A stretch of 64,000 nucleotides of DNA from a virus, in IMG/VR virus record IMGVR_UViG_3300022074_000012, positions 1 through 64,000 of that record; one strand, given 5' to 3'. Below the pieces are notes generated by a model that did not search any database, was not told where the DNA came from, and saw only the letters and a program-made list of their open reading frames with translations. The translations under genes and the position numbers were made by a program. The number at the start of each line of letters is the position of its first letter. Position 1 is the stretch's first letter. Below, piece by piece: positions 36,638-46,521 of this stretch.

Positions 36638-37752
36638 AAATTGGATTAATTGGAGCAGGTAGATTAGGAATCTGCCTTGCTTTGTTGATTGAAAAAGCAG
36701 GATATAATGTTCTTGCTTCTGATAATCGGGAAGATTACGTAAGAAATTTACAGAAAGGTATTATTGATACTGCTGAACCAGAAGTTCAACAGTATCTTTC
36801 TAATGCAAATAATATAGAGTTTACTACTGATAATATCAGAGTCATCGCAGAGTGTGATATTATATTTACTCTTGTTGCAACACCTTCTTTAGAAGATGGT
36901 AGTTATGATGTTAGTGCTGTATGGAAAGTTATAGATGATTTTAAAAATGTTCCTATATTATTAGATGAAAAATCACTTATAGTTGGTTGCACTACAAATC
37001 CTGGTGATTGTAATGATTTTCAAAATGCACTTAAAAATACAGGTATAGATGTATTCTATAACCCAGAGTTTATTGCACAAGGATCTATAATAACAGATTT
37101 GCAAAATTCTAATATGGTTATAATTGGTGGAAACGGTAATCATAAATCAGAGTTAGAACAGATATATGAAAAGATACAAATGGGTTTCATTAGTCCATCT
37201 GTTTATTTTATGAGCACTAAAGCAGCAGAGATAACAAAAATTGCTGTTAACTGTTATCTTACTACAAAGATAAGTTATGCAAATATGCTAGGGCAAGTTC
37301 TTACACTATCTGGTATGGAAGATGAGATTGATAATGTATTAAAATCTATTGGTTCAGATAATCGAATAGGTAAAAAATATTTAAAATATGGTTTTGGGTT
37401 TGGTGGTCCTTGTTTTCCAAGAGACAATCGTGCATTCGCATCATATGCAAGTAAGGTCGGTATAGATCATAATCTTGGTAGTATAACTGATGCCTTTAAT
37501 GAAGATCATGCAGTGTTTTTAAAAGAACATTTTCTTTTTAAAAATAAAAAGAAAATACCTTTCTTTTTTAATTATCTATCATACAAACCTAATACTGATA
37601 TTCTTACAGAGAGTCAACAATATCGTCTATGTTTAGATCTTTTAAATGAAGGATATACAGTTTACTGTGCAGATTCATCAATTCAAAATCAATGTGACTC
37701 ACGAATTCTTTTTGAAAAACCAGATGAAGAAGTTTTTGAAATTAAATTATGA
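36634..37752 (+). CDS. UDP-glucose/GDP-mannose 6-dehydrogenase family
   Basis: GAGRLG, NPEF, AEITK, GFGGPCFPRD. Confidence 0.9.
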   Translation: MKIGLIGAGRLGICLALLIEKAGYNVLASDNREDYVRNLQKGIIDTAEPEVQQYLSNANNIEFTTDNIRVIAECDIIFTLVATPSLEDGSYDVSAVWKVIDDFKNVPILLDEKSLIVGCTTNPGDCNDFQNALKNTGIDVFYNPEFIAQGSIITDLQNSNMVIIGGNGNHKSELEQIYEKIQMGFISPSVYFMSTKAAEITKIAVNCYLTTKISYANMLGQVLTLSGMEDEIDNVLKSIGSDNRIGKKYLKYGFGFGGPCFPRDNRAFASYASKVGIDHNLGSITDAFNEDHAVFLKEHFLFKNKKKIPFFFNYLSYKPNTDILTESQQYRLCLDLLNEGYTVYCADSSIQNQCDSRILFEKPDEEVFEIKL

Positions 37753-38588
37753 TTGGATCTAATACTTTAGGAACTAACGGAAGATTAGGTAATCAAATGT
37801 TTCAGTACGCCTCTTTGAGAGGTATTGCCGATAAACATGGTTATGATTTTTGTATACCACCAGAGGATCATCCTACCTATGCAGATTATGCTTTATTTTT
37901 AGCATTTAAAATGGAGGGTATTAAGACAGGATTAGTTAATGGTGACACAGTATCAGAATCTGGATATGAGTTTGATGAAAATCTTTTTAATACTTGTCCT
38001 GATAATGTAAACATTAATGGATACTATCAGACAGAAAAATATTTTAAACATGCAGAAAAAAATGTAAGAAAAGATTTTACATTTAAAGATGATATTCTAT
38101 CAGCATGTAAAGAATATATGGATCAGTATGATGATATATCTTTTTTACATATTCGTAGAGGTGATAATGTAGGTCGTGAAGATTATTATCCTATGCCAAC
38201 CCCAGAGTGGATGGGTGATATGGTTGAAAAACATTTTTCAAATAAACCAATATTAATTTGCACCGATGATTTAGATTGGGTTCAATCACAAGATGCTTTT
38301 AAAGATGATAAGTATATAATTTCAGAGACAAGATTATACTACGACACTCCTGTAATGATAGGTGGTGGTTCATATGCAAAATCTCTTATACCCTACTATG
38401 ATTTGTGTATGATGTCATTATGTAATGGTGCAATAATTGCCAACTCATCACTATCATGGTGGGGTGCATGGTTACAGGCATCACCAGATAAAAAAATTGT
38501 GGCTCAAGACCCTTGGTATGGTCCGCAACTTGCATCTAATAATACAAAAGATTTGTATCCCGAATCTTGGATTGTGGAGAAGATATGA
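37749..38588 (+). CDS. GT11 alpha-1,2-fucosyltransferase-like
   Basis: GRLGNQMFQYA, HIRRGD, ANSSLSWWGAW. Confidence 0.9.
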   Translation: MIGSNTLGTNGRLGNQMFQYASLRGIADKHGYDFCIPPEDHPTYADYALFLAFKMEGIKTGLVNGDTVSESGYEFDENLFNTCPDNVNINGYYQTEKYFKHAEKNVRKDFTFKDDILSACKEYMDQYDDISFLHIRRGDNVGREDYYPMPTPEWMGDMVEKHFSNKPILICTDDLDWVQSQDAFKDDKYIISETRLYYDTPVMIGGGSYAKSLIPYYDLCMMSLCNGAIIANSSLSWWGAWLQASPDKKIVAQDPWYGPQLASNNTKDLYPESWIVEKI

Positions 38589-39433
38589 GAGTTACGATAT
38601 TAGGATCAGGTGGACAAATAGGATCATATCTTACACAATATCTTTCAAATAAAGGGCATATCGTAAGAGAGTTTGATGTTCTAAATGGTGAACATCAAGA
38701 CATGACTCACATACCAAACACATATCTTCGTAATGCAATCATGGAAAGTGACTTTGTATTCTTTCTTGCCTTTGATGTTGGTGGATCTCATTACCTTAAA
38801 AAGTATCAACACACTTATAAATTTATTAATAATAATACTCGAATAATGGCAAATGTATTTGGTTACTTAGAGACTTATAAAGTGCCATTTGTATTCGCAT
38901 CATCTCAAATGAGCAGTATGAGTTACTCTCCTTATGGGGTCATGAAGAGAGTTGGAGAACTATATACTAAGTCTTTGGATGGATCTATAGTAAAGTTTTG
39001 GAATGTCTTTGGAATTGAAAAGGACATGGAAAAGGCACATGTTATTACTGATTTTATTATAAAAGGATTTGAAACTGGTGTGATTAATATGATGACAGAC
39101 GGAACAGAAGAAAGGGAGTTCTTATATGCTGAAGATTGTTGCGAAGCTTTGGAAACAATTATGGGTTGTTACGATCAATTCACTTGTGATGACGAGCTTC
39201 ATATCACTACTGGTATCTCTACAAGCATTTTGGAGATTGCACAAATTATACAAGTATTATTCAGAAATATCGGCAAGGAAGTCGAGGTTATTCCAGCATC
39301 GTCGAAAGATGAAGTACAAAAAGATGCTCGTAATATATCAGACCCATACATTGAAAGATGGTGGCAACCAAAAACTGACGTTGTAGATGGAATAAGTAAC
39401 GTATTTAATGAAATCAAATTGAATTATTTGTAA
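38585..39433 (+). CDS. NAD-dependent epimerase/dehydratase
   Basis: GSGGQIG, YGVMK. Confidence 0.85.
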   Translation: MRVTILGSGGQIGSYLTQYLSNKGHIVREFDVLNGEHQDMTHIPNTYLRNAIMESDFVFFLAFDVGGSHYLKKYQHTYKFINNNTRIMANVFGYLETYKVPFVFASSQMSSMSYSPYGVMKRVGELYTKSLDGSIVKFWNVFGIEKDMEKAHVITDFIIKGFETGVINMMTDGTEEREFLYAEDCCEALETIMGCYDQFTCDDELHITTGISTSILEIAQIIQVLFRNIGKEVEVIPASSKDEVQKDARNISDPYIERWWQPKTDVVDGISNVFNEIKLNYL

Positions 39434-40335
39434 TGACTGTTTCTTTTAATGGATTAGGTAATGAGGGTAGACTTGGAAACCAAATGTTCCAGTATGCTTT
39501 TATTCGTGGTATGTCTAAAAAACATGGATATGATTTTATGATTCCACATCAGAGTGCCGATAGATTTGATAACTATGGTTTGTTTGAATGTTTTGAATTA
39601 GAAGGATGTAAATATACAGGTGAGGGTATTTTCAAAACATTAGAATGTAGAGATACTGCATTCAATCAAAAATTTTTAGATGAGTGCACTAATAATACAA
39701 ATTACTCTGGTGTATTTCAAACAGAAAAATATTTTACAAATGCAACAGAAGAATTAAGAAAAGATTATACTTTTCATAAAGATATTTTAAATCCTTGTCA
39801 AGAATTTATTGATTCAATTGGTGGTACTGATAAATGTATTTTTCTACATCTTCGTAGAGGTAATCCAAATGTAATAGGAAAGAGAGGGGAGAAATGGTCA
39901 TATCAACTATTACAGGATTACCATCCATTATGTAAGAAAGAATATTATCTCAAAGCACTAGAAGAGTTTCCAGAAGATAAAAATGTTATAGTTTTATCTG
40001 ATTTATTAGATTGGTGTAAAAAACAAGATTGGTTGCAAGATGATAGATTTTATATGTCAGATGCATCATATGAGGTATTTGATGATGGTGCAAGTGTTCC
40101 TTATATTGATCTATGCTTGATGTCTTTGTGTAGTGGTGGTATAATAGCAAATAGTTCAATGAGCTGGTGGGGTGCTTGGTTGCAAAATGATCGAGGCAAA
40201 GTCGTTGCTCCTTATCCTTGGTATGGTGCAAAGGCATATAACTATGGTAATGCAGAACTTTGTGACGCAGACATTATTCCAGAAAGATGGACTAAAATTT
40301 ACAACGACCCAACACCGATTGATATTGTAGAATGA
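39433..40335 (+). CDS. GT11 alpha-1,2-fucosyltransferase-like
   Basis: GRLGNQMFQYA, HLRRGN, ANSSMSWWGAW. Confidence 0.9.
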   Translation: MTVSFNGLGNEGRLGNQMFQYAFIRGMSKKHGYDFMIPHQSADRFDNYGLFECFELEGCKYTGEGIFKTLECRDTAFNQKFLDECTNNTNYSGVFQTEKYFTNATEELRKDYTFHKDILNPCQEFIDSIGGTDKCIFLHLRRGNPNVIGKRGEKWSYQLLQDYHPLCKKEYYLKALEEFPEDKNVIVLSDLLDWCKKQDWLQDDRFYMSDASYEVFDDGASVPYIDLCLMSLCSGGIIANSSMSWWGAWLQNDRGKVVAPYPWYGAKAYNYGNAELCDADIIPERWTKIYNDPTPIDIVE

Positions 40336-41141
40336 TTGGATTAAATTATCTTGGTAAAATGGGACAACTGGGAAATCAGATGTTTCAATATGCAGCACTT
40401 AGAGGTGTTGCGGATAGAAGAGGATTGGAATATACAGTTCCTAATCATAAAGAAGTTCTTGAAGATGGTTTAGGTAATAAACTTCGTATTGAATTGTATG
40501 ATGCTTTTGATATAAACCCAAAGAATCAAGGTTTATTGCCGACTAATGAATATGTTCAAGAGGCACATTTTCATTTTGATAAAGATTTATATAATGAATG
40601 TCCAGATAATTGTTCAATAGTTGGATTCTTCCAGACAGAAAAATATTTCTTGAATATTCGTGAACAGATCATAAAAGATTTTAAAGTTAAAAAAGAATAT
40701 CGAGATGATTGTAAATCAATACTTAAACAGTTTGATAAACCAATTGCCTTACATATTCGTAGAGGTGACTTTCTAATCAATTCTTTGAATCATTATAACT
40801 TGTCAATGAAATATTATGAAAATGCTTTGGATTGTTTTGATGAAGATAGACAAGTAATTATATTTTCAGATGATCCAAATTGGTGCTATAAGCAAAAACT
40901 ATTTGCAAGTGATAGGTTTATTATAACCAAGTCTGATAGTCCTTATCATGACTTATATCTTATGACTCAGTGTGATGATTTTATAATTGCCAATTCGACT
41001 TTCTCATGGTGGGGTGCATGGCTTTGTCAGAACCCATATAAAGATGTAATATATCCACATAAGTGGTTTGGTCCTAATAATACAAGTAAATCTACTGTAG
41101 ATTTATTTCCTAAAAGTTGGAGAATGATTGATGAAAACTGA
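40332..41141 (+). CDS. GT11 alpha-1,2-fucosyltransferase-like
   Basis: GQLGNQMFQYA, HIRRGD, ANSTFSWWGAW. Confidence 0.9.
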   Translation: MIGLNYLGKMGQLGNQMFQYAALRGVADRRGLEYTVPNHKEVLEDGLGNKLRIELYDAFDINPKNQGLLPTNEYVQEAHFHFDKDLYNECPDNCSIVGFFQTEKYFLNIREQIIKDFKVKKEYRDDCKSILKQFDKPIALHIRRGDFLINSLNHYNLSMKYYENALDCFDEDRQVIIFSDDPNWCYKQKLFASDRFIITKSDSPYHDLYLMTQCDDFIIANSTFSWWGAWLCQNPYKDVIYPHKWFGPNNTSKSTVDLFPKSWRMIDEN

Positions 41142-42009
41142 TTTAAAAAATACAACATTTATAATTCCTCTAAGAATTGATACAGGAGATCGTCTTCGTA
41201 ATGTAATCCTATCAACAGCATATCTTTTATATAATTTTGATACTACGGTTATGATAAAAGAGGTTGATTCAGAACGACGTTTTGAAACATTTGCTTTACC
41301 AATAATTGAAAGGTTGGTAGATACAAATAACCTTGTTCATATCTTTGAAGAAGAGACAAGAACTGATGATGCATTTCATCGCACAAAAGTTCTGAATGAT
41401 ATGGTCATGGAATCTACAACTGATATTGTAGTTAATTATGATACTGATTTAATTCTGCCAGTTAGTAGTTACACTGACGCAGTTAAAATGTTGAATGGTG
41501 AATATGATGTTGTTTATCCATTTCGTTATGGTAATCATGGTGAGAGAAAAGTAAATCTTGGATTCACTATTGAAACACAGGAAGATATGGATGACTTTGA
41601 AAACAGTGATTTTGTATCTAACTTTTTAAACAATGATTTTGATCATGAATGTTTTGATGATCGTTACTTTTATTATCAAAGTGATAGGGGTCAGGGTTGG
41701 GCAGAGTATGGTATGGTTCAATTCTTTAATCGTCAAGTTTATATTGATGGTTACTTAGAGAATGAAGGATTTATTGCATACGCACCAGAAGATGTTGAAA
41801 GACATCATCGTTGGAAAACACTTGGATATAATATTGGAAGAGTTGACAATCATGCATATCATTTAGAACATCAAAGAACACAGAATTCATGGTATCATAA
41901 TCCCCATATGGAAAGAAATAATAAATTGTGGGAAGATTTAAAAGTACTGAGTAAAGAAGATTTAATATCTTATTATAAAAAACAAGAGTATTATACTAAT
42001 AGATTATGA
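41131..42009 (+). CDS. GT-A fold glycosyltransferase (GT2/GT7-like)
   Basis: TFIIP, YDTD (DxD), ENEGF..YAPED, YHLEH. Confidence 0.8.
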   Translation: MKTDLKNTTFIIPLRIDTGDRLRNVILSTAYLLYNFDTTVMIKEVDSERRFETFALPIIERLVDTNNLVHIFEEETRTDDAFHRTKVLNDMVMESTTDIVVNYDTDLILPVSSYTDAVKMLNGEYDVVYPFRYGNHGERKVNLGFTIETQEDMDDFENSDFVSNFLNNDFDHECFDDRYFYYQSDRGQGWAEYGMVQFFNRQVYIDGYLENEGFIAYAPEDVERHHRWKTLGYNIGRVDNHAYHLEHQRTQNSWYHNPHMERNNKLWEDLKVLSKEDLISYYKKQEYYTNRL

Positions 42010-42755
42010 GTGATGTATATTTAAAGGCTTGGCATGGTGGTCTTGGTGATGCATTACAATTTTCTACCTTACCAGAGGAGTTCTCAAAACAACAAGGAAG
42101 AAAGACATATATTGTAGCAGATGCACCTTTTAGAAATGATGGTATCTATGATTTAGTATGGGATAAAAATCCTTATGTTCATGGTAAAAAATTTGGTGAG
42201 TGGAATGCAGGTGACTTACCTTCTATTCCTTACAGAGAAGATGGTTTTCTTGAAGAGAATGGTACTAAAAATATGATTTCTAACTGGGAAAAGTTTCATG
42301 GTCTTCAACCAACTAATAAGTATCCTAAAGTTTATTATGAACCAGAAAAAGATAAGGGTGTAAAGGATCTATTCATTGTAGATTTTACATCTACCACTGT
42401 GAGTGATAGTAAAGAAGATGTGATCAAATGTTTAGACCAACTTAGGAATGATTATTCTGATCGTAAATTTGTATCAGTATCATTTGAAGATATTACGCCA
42501 ACTAAAGATTTGAGTGACGACATTAAATTTGATGGATATATAGAAGTGGAGAATATTTTTAGATACTGTGATTTAATATCATCAGTATATGGTTATGTTT
42601 CACTTCATAGTGGTGGTACTCATCTGAGTTCTGCATTAAAAGAATATTCACCAAACTTAAAAAGCATTTGCATTTTATCAAAAGAGTGGTATAATGAACA
42701 TGAGGTTCTAGATAATCATTTCCTTTTTGATAACATTGAGTATTTGAAATACTAA
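42006..42755 (+). CDS. putative GT-B (GT9-like) glycosyltransferase
   Basis: GGLGDALQ and SGGTHLS motifs. Confidence 0.5.
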   Translation: MSDVYLKAWHGGLGDALQFSTLPEEFSKQQGRKTYIVADAPFRNDGIYDLVWDKNPYVHGKKFGEWNAGDLPSIPYREDGFLEENGTKNMISNWEKFHGLQPTNKYPKVYYEPEKDKGVKDLFIVDFTSTTVSDSKEDVIKCLDQLRNDYSDRKFVSVSFEDITPTKDLSDDIKFDGYIEVENIFRYCDLISSVYGYVSLHSGGTHLSSALKEYSPNLKSICILSKEWYNEHEVLDNHFLFDNIEYLKY

Positions 42756-42756
42756 T

Positions 42757-43143
42757 ATGATTGACCAAATTATTACACCATTACCAGAAGTCGTAGATAG
42801 ATATACAATCTGCCAATTAAAGTTAGAGAGATTAGATCACACACAGATTGATGTTGATTCTATGAAAGAACAACTTGAGTATTATAAGAAAGGTATAGAT
42901 TTTACAAACACACAACTAATAAAATTATCTGAGGATTTATATAATATTAATGGTAGAATCTGGGATACAGAGGGATCTATCCGTGCAGGATTAGATGATG
43001 AATTAGGGTATGATGAGATTGGTAAAAGAGCAGTGCAAGTAAGAGATTTAAACAGAGTAAGAATGAGTATAAAAAATGACATCACCGAGTTAACAGGTGA
43101 AGGATTTAAAGATTGTAAAATGAATTACGCAGGAGAAGGATGA
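42757..43143 (+). CDS. helical hypothetical protein of glycan loci (DUF6165-like)
   Basis: EVVDRYTI..LK...L..IN..IWD.E...N..R..IK. Confidence 0.55.
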   Translation: MIDQIITPLPEVVDRYTICQLKLERLDHTQIDVDSMKEQLEYYKKGIDFTNTQLIKLSEDLYNINGRIWDTEGSIRAGLDDELGYDEIGKRAVQVRDLNRVRMSIKNDITELTGEGFKDCKMNYAGEG

Positions 43144-44114
43144 CAAAAAGTTTAGTCACAGGTGGCGCAGGATTTATAGGATCAAATCTTGTTGACCAAC
43201 TTATAGAAATAGGACATAAAGTAATTGTAATTGATAATGAGTATTCTGATGCTCATGAACAGTTCTATTATAATGATAAAGCAGAATATCATAACTTTGA
43301 TATTCGTGATGCTGCAACAAGATCCTTATATGATGATGTAGATTATGTGTTTCATATTGCAGCAGAAGCACGTATCGGACCTTCAATCGAAAGTCCAATC
43401 GAAGCAGTAAGTATTAACTCTGTTGGTACTTGTACTGTTTTACAATATGCAAGAGAAGCAGGTGTCAAGAGAGTTGTATACTCATCAACATCATCTGCAT
43501 ATGGTTTACAAGAACCACCTCATGTAGAGGCACTACCAGATAATTGTCTGAATCCATATTCAGTATCAAAAGTAAATGGTGAAAAATTATGTAAAATGTA
43601 TACAGATCTTTTTGGATTAGAAACTGTGATTTTTAGATACTTTAATGTATATGGAAATAGACAACCAATTAAAGGGCAGTATGCACCAGTGATTGGAATA
43701 TTTTTAAGACAACTAGAGAATGATCAAGAACTCACTATCGTTGGTGATGGTGAACAAAGAAGAGATTTTGTGAACGTCAAAGATGTAGTTCAAGCAAACA
43801 TATTAGCAGCAACTAAAAAATTAGATAAGGATGCTATTGGTCAGGTATATAATGTGGGTAGTGGTATTAATTATTCTGTAAATGAAATCGCAAGTATGAT
43901 ATCTGATTTTTCAATTAATATTGATGCACGACCAGGTGAGGCAAAAGAAACATTAGCACACATTAGTAGAATAAATGGTACACTAGGATGGGAACCAACT
44001 ATTAAAGTTGAGGATTGGATTGCAGAGCAATTAACTCCTGATGTCCCACCCGTAAATCAAAATCTAATTAGAAGAACTTTTGATAGATTTAAAAATTGGT
44101 TACATGGTGAATAG
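43140..44114 (+). CDS. UDP-sugar 4-epimerase-like SDR
   Basis: TGGAGFIGS, YSVSK, FRYFNVYG, GDGEQRRDF. Confidence 0.9.
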   Translation: MTKSLVTGGAGFIGSNLVDQLIEIGHKVIVIDNEYSDAHEQFYYNDKAEYHNFDIRDAATRSLYDDVDYVFHIAAEARIGPSIESPIEAVSINSVGTCTVLQYAREAGVKRVVYSSTSSAYGLQEPPHVEALPDNCLNPYSVSKVNGEKLCKMYTDLFGLETVIFRYFNVYGNRQPIKGQYAPVIGIFLRQLENDQELTIVGDGEQRRDFVNVKDVVQANILAATKKLDKDAIGQVYNVGSGINYSVNEIASMISDFSINIDARPGEAKETLAHISRINGTLGWEPTIKVEDWIAEQLTPDVPPVNQNLIRRTFDRFKNWLHGE

Positions 44115-44879
44115 ATGACTTGGAATTTAATTACAGTTGCTTTTGGTGATCAAAAATATAAACAAGGGCAACAATTTTTGACAAAACAAGCAAAGGAATA
44201 TGGTGTAAATCATATAGAATATTCTGATGAAGATTTGTTTAACTCAGAACTTTATAAAGAATATCCTGAGTGGATGTCTGCTGAGAATAATTATGGTTGG
44301 TTTACATGGAAACCATACTTTATACTACAGGCTATGGAGAATTTAAAAGAAGGTGATAAAGTTCTTCTTTTAGATACTCTTGATATATTTCATCCAGACA
44401 TTTTTGACTTTGTTGATGAGGTTATGGGTGATGATGTATGTTTACTACCATTAGGAAACTTTAGAAATGGAGATCATACTAAGAAAGATTGTTTTGTTTA
44501 TATGGAATGTGATGATGAAGATTATCATGAATCAAAACAATTAGAAGCAGGTTTTACTTTCTGGAAAGTTTGTGAAGAATCAAAGAAAATTCTAAGAGAA
44601 TGGTTAGGTTGGTGTTTAGATGAGAAAGTTAATGGAGAATTAACTGCATTTTCAAATCTAAAAGAAGATGATGGATTTGAAGGTTGTCGTCATGATCAAA
44701 GTATTCTTACTAATCTAGCAGTAAGAGATGGTCTGTCTGTTGTGGGTCAAGATATAAGAAGTTTGATTGAATGTAATGCTGATTATTGGTATGAAAGATA
44801 TTTCAAAGGACAAGCACAATTGTATAGACCAATAGACACTCATATGGTAAAAATTAAAGATGAGGTAGATTACTTATGA
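44115..44879 (+). CDS. putative glycosyltransferase
   Basis: WKPYFIL...LLD...RHDQSIL. Confidence 0.55.
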   Translation: MTWNLITVAFGDQKYKQGQQFLTKQAKEYGVNHIEYSDEDLFNSELYKEYPEWMSAENNYGWFTWKPYFILQAMENLKEGDKVLLLDTLDIFHPDIFDFVDEVMGDDVCLLPLGNFRNGDHTKKDCFVYMECDDEDYHESKQLEAGFTFWKVCEESKKILREWLGWCLDEKVNGELTAFSNLKEDDGFEGCRHDQSILTNLAVRDGLSVVGQDIRSLIECNADYWYERYFKGQAQLYRPIDTHMVKIKDEVDYL

Positions 44880-45190
44880 GCATTTATGTTGTTGATTTAG
44901 ATGGAACTCTTTGTTATACAGAACCTAATCCTGATGGTCATGGTATGAAATACTATGAAGCAACACCTTATCCAGAAAGAATTGAAAAAATTAATAAATT
45001 GTGGGAAGAGGGACATACAATTATCATAGAGACAGCAAGAGGTTGTGGAAGTAAGATAAATCATTATGAAGATACCTTTAATCAACTACGTTCTTGGGGA
45101 TTAAAATTTAACTCTTTAAGAACTGGTGTTAAATTTGGTGGAGATTTCTTTATTGATGATAAAGGTATTAATAGTGAGGATTTTTTTTAA
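44876..45190 (+). CDS. HAD-family phosphatase (capsule-biosynthesis type)
   Basis: DLDGT, TARG, K...FIDDK. Confidence 0.85.
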   Translation: MSIYVVDLDGTLCYTEPNPDGHGMKYYEATPYPERIEKINKLWEEGHTIIIETARGCGSKINHYEDTFNQLRSWGLKFNSLRTGVKFGGDFFIDDKGINSEDFF

Positions 45191-46521
45191 TGGGTTCAGT
45201 AAATAAAATTATTAAGAAGTCACCTAATTTTGTTAAGAGTGCTTTCTATAAGTATATTCCATTCAAATATAGGTATGGAAAAGTTTATGGTGAAACTCTT
45301 GATTTTTTATTAGAATCACAACATTGGAATGAAGAAAAATTAAAAGAATATCAACTACAAGAACTTCAAAGATTATTAAAACATTGTTATACAAATGTTC
45401 CTTACTATCGAAACATTTTTATAAAGAATGGTTGGAGTCCTATGGATTTTAAATCAGTTGATGATTTAAAAGAATTTCCTGTTCTAACAAAAAGAAAAAT
45501 TATAGATCATAATCAAATGCTTATTGCAGATGATATGAGAGATAAGAAATCGTTTCCAATCACAACGAGTGGTTCTACTGGTGATAAATTAAAATTCTAT
45601 GTTGATGATGATTGTCTCAAAAAAGAAGCAGCTTTTAATATGAGAGCATACATTCAACAGGGAGCAAAGATGTATGATACTCCGAGTGTATGGTTAAGAA
45701 GATATGTACCTAAAGATAGTGAATCACCTTTATGGTATTATGATAAAGAGTTGAAGAGATTATACATGTCTGCATATCATCTTAATGATAGGACTATAGG
45801 TGATTACGTTGCCAAAATAAATGAAGGTAACTATCAAACAATGTGTACATATCCCTCTGCTGCATATATCTTTGCTTGTCTGTGTGAAGAGAATAATTTA
45901 TCTCTTACAAATATTAAAAAGATTCATACAACATCTGAAGTATTGTTAGAGAAGTGGTATAATAAAGTTCAAGAGGTTTTTGGCATTACACCTTGTGGAC
46001 ATTATGGACAAATGGAGAAAGTTTCTTTCATGAATCAGACAGAAGATTCACGGGACTTAAAACAAAATTTAGAATATGGAGTTGATCATTTCTATGATAA
46101 TGAAGATGGCACATATGGATTGATTTCAACTGGTTTTATTAATTACTACATGCCATTTATTCGATACAAGACAGAAGATACTTTTGTAATTAAAGATGGT
46201 AAAATTAAAGATGTGAATGGTAGAAGTAGTGACATACTTGTATCTAAAGATGGTTCAAGATTGCCTGGTGTAAACTTTTACAGTTGGATTGATAAGAAAA
46301 TGCCATCAATAAAACTATTTCAAATTATTCAAAAGACACATGATGATATTATCTTTAACTATGTTCAAAATCCTGATCATAATAATGATATCACAGAGGA
46401 TATATTAGGTGGTTTATCATCACGTTTAGGTAACATGAATTATTCTGTGAATAAAGTTGACGATATAAAAAGAAATCTTAAAACACAAAAGTTTAAAAAC
46501 ATAATCAACGAGGTTGTATGA
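45190..46521 (+). CDS. CapK/phenylacetate-CoA-ligase-like adenylate-forming enzyme
   Basis: VPYY, PVLTK, TTSGSTG, YGQME, MPFIRYKTED, GRSSD. Confidence 0.85.
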   Translation: MGSVNKIIKKSPNFVKSAFYKYIPFKYRYGKVYGETLDFLLESQHWNEEKLKEYQLQELQRLLKHCYTNVPYYRNIFIKNGWSPMDFKSVDDLKEFPVLTKRKIIDHNQMLIADDMRDKKSFPITTSGSTGDKLKFYVDDDCLKKEAAFNMRAYIQQGAKMYDTPSVWLRRYVPKDSESPLWYYDKELKRLYMSAYHLNDRTIGDYVAKINEGNYQTMCTYPSAAYIFACLCEENNLSLTNIKKIHTTSEVLLEKWYNKVQEVFGITPCGHYGQMEKVSFMNQTEDSRDLKQNLEYGVDHFYDNEDGTYGLISTGFINYYMPFIRYKTEDTFVIKDGKIKDVNGRSSDILVSKDGSRLPGVNFYSWIDKKMPSIKLFQIIQKTHDDIIFNYVQNPDHNNDITEDILGGLSSRLGNMNYSVNKVDDIKRNLKTQKFKNIINEVV

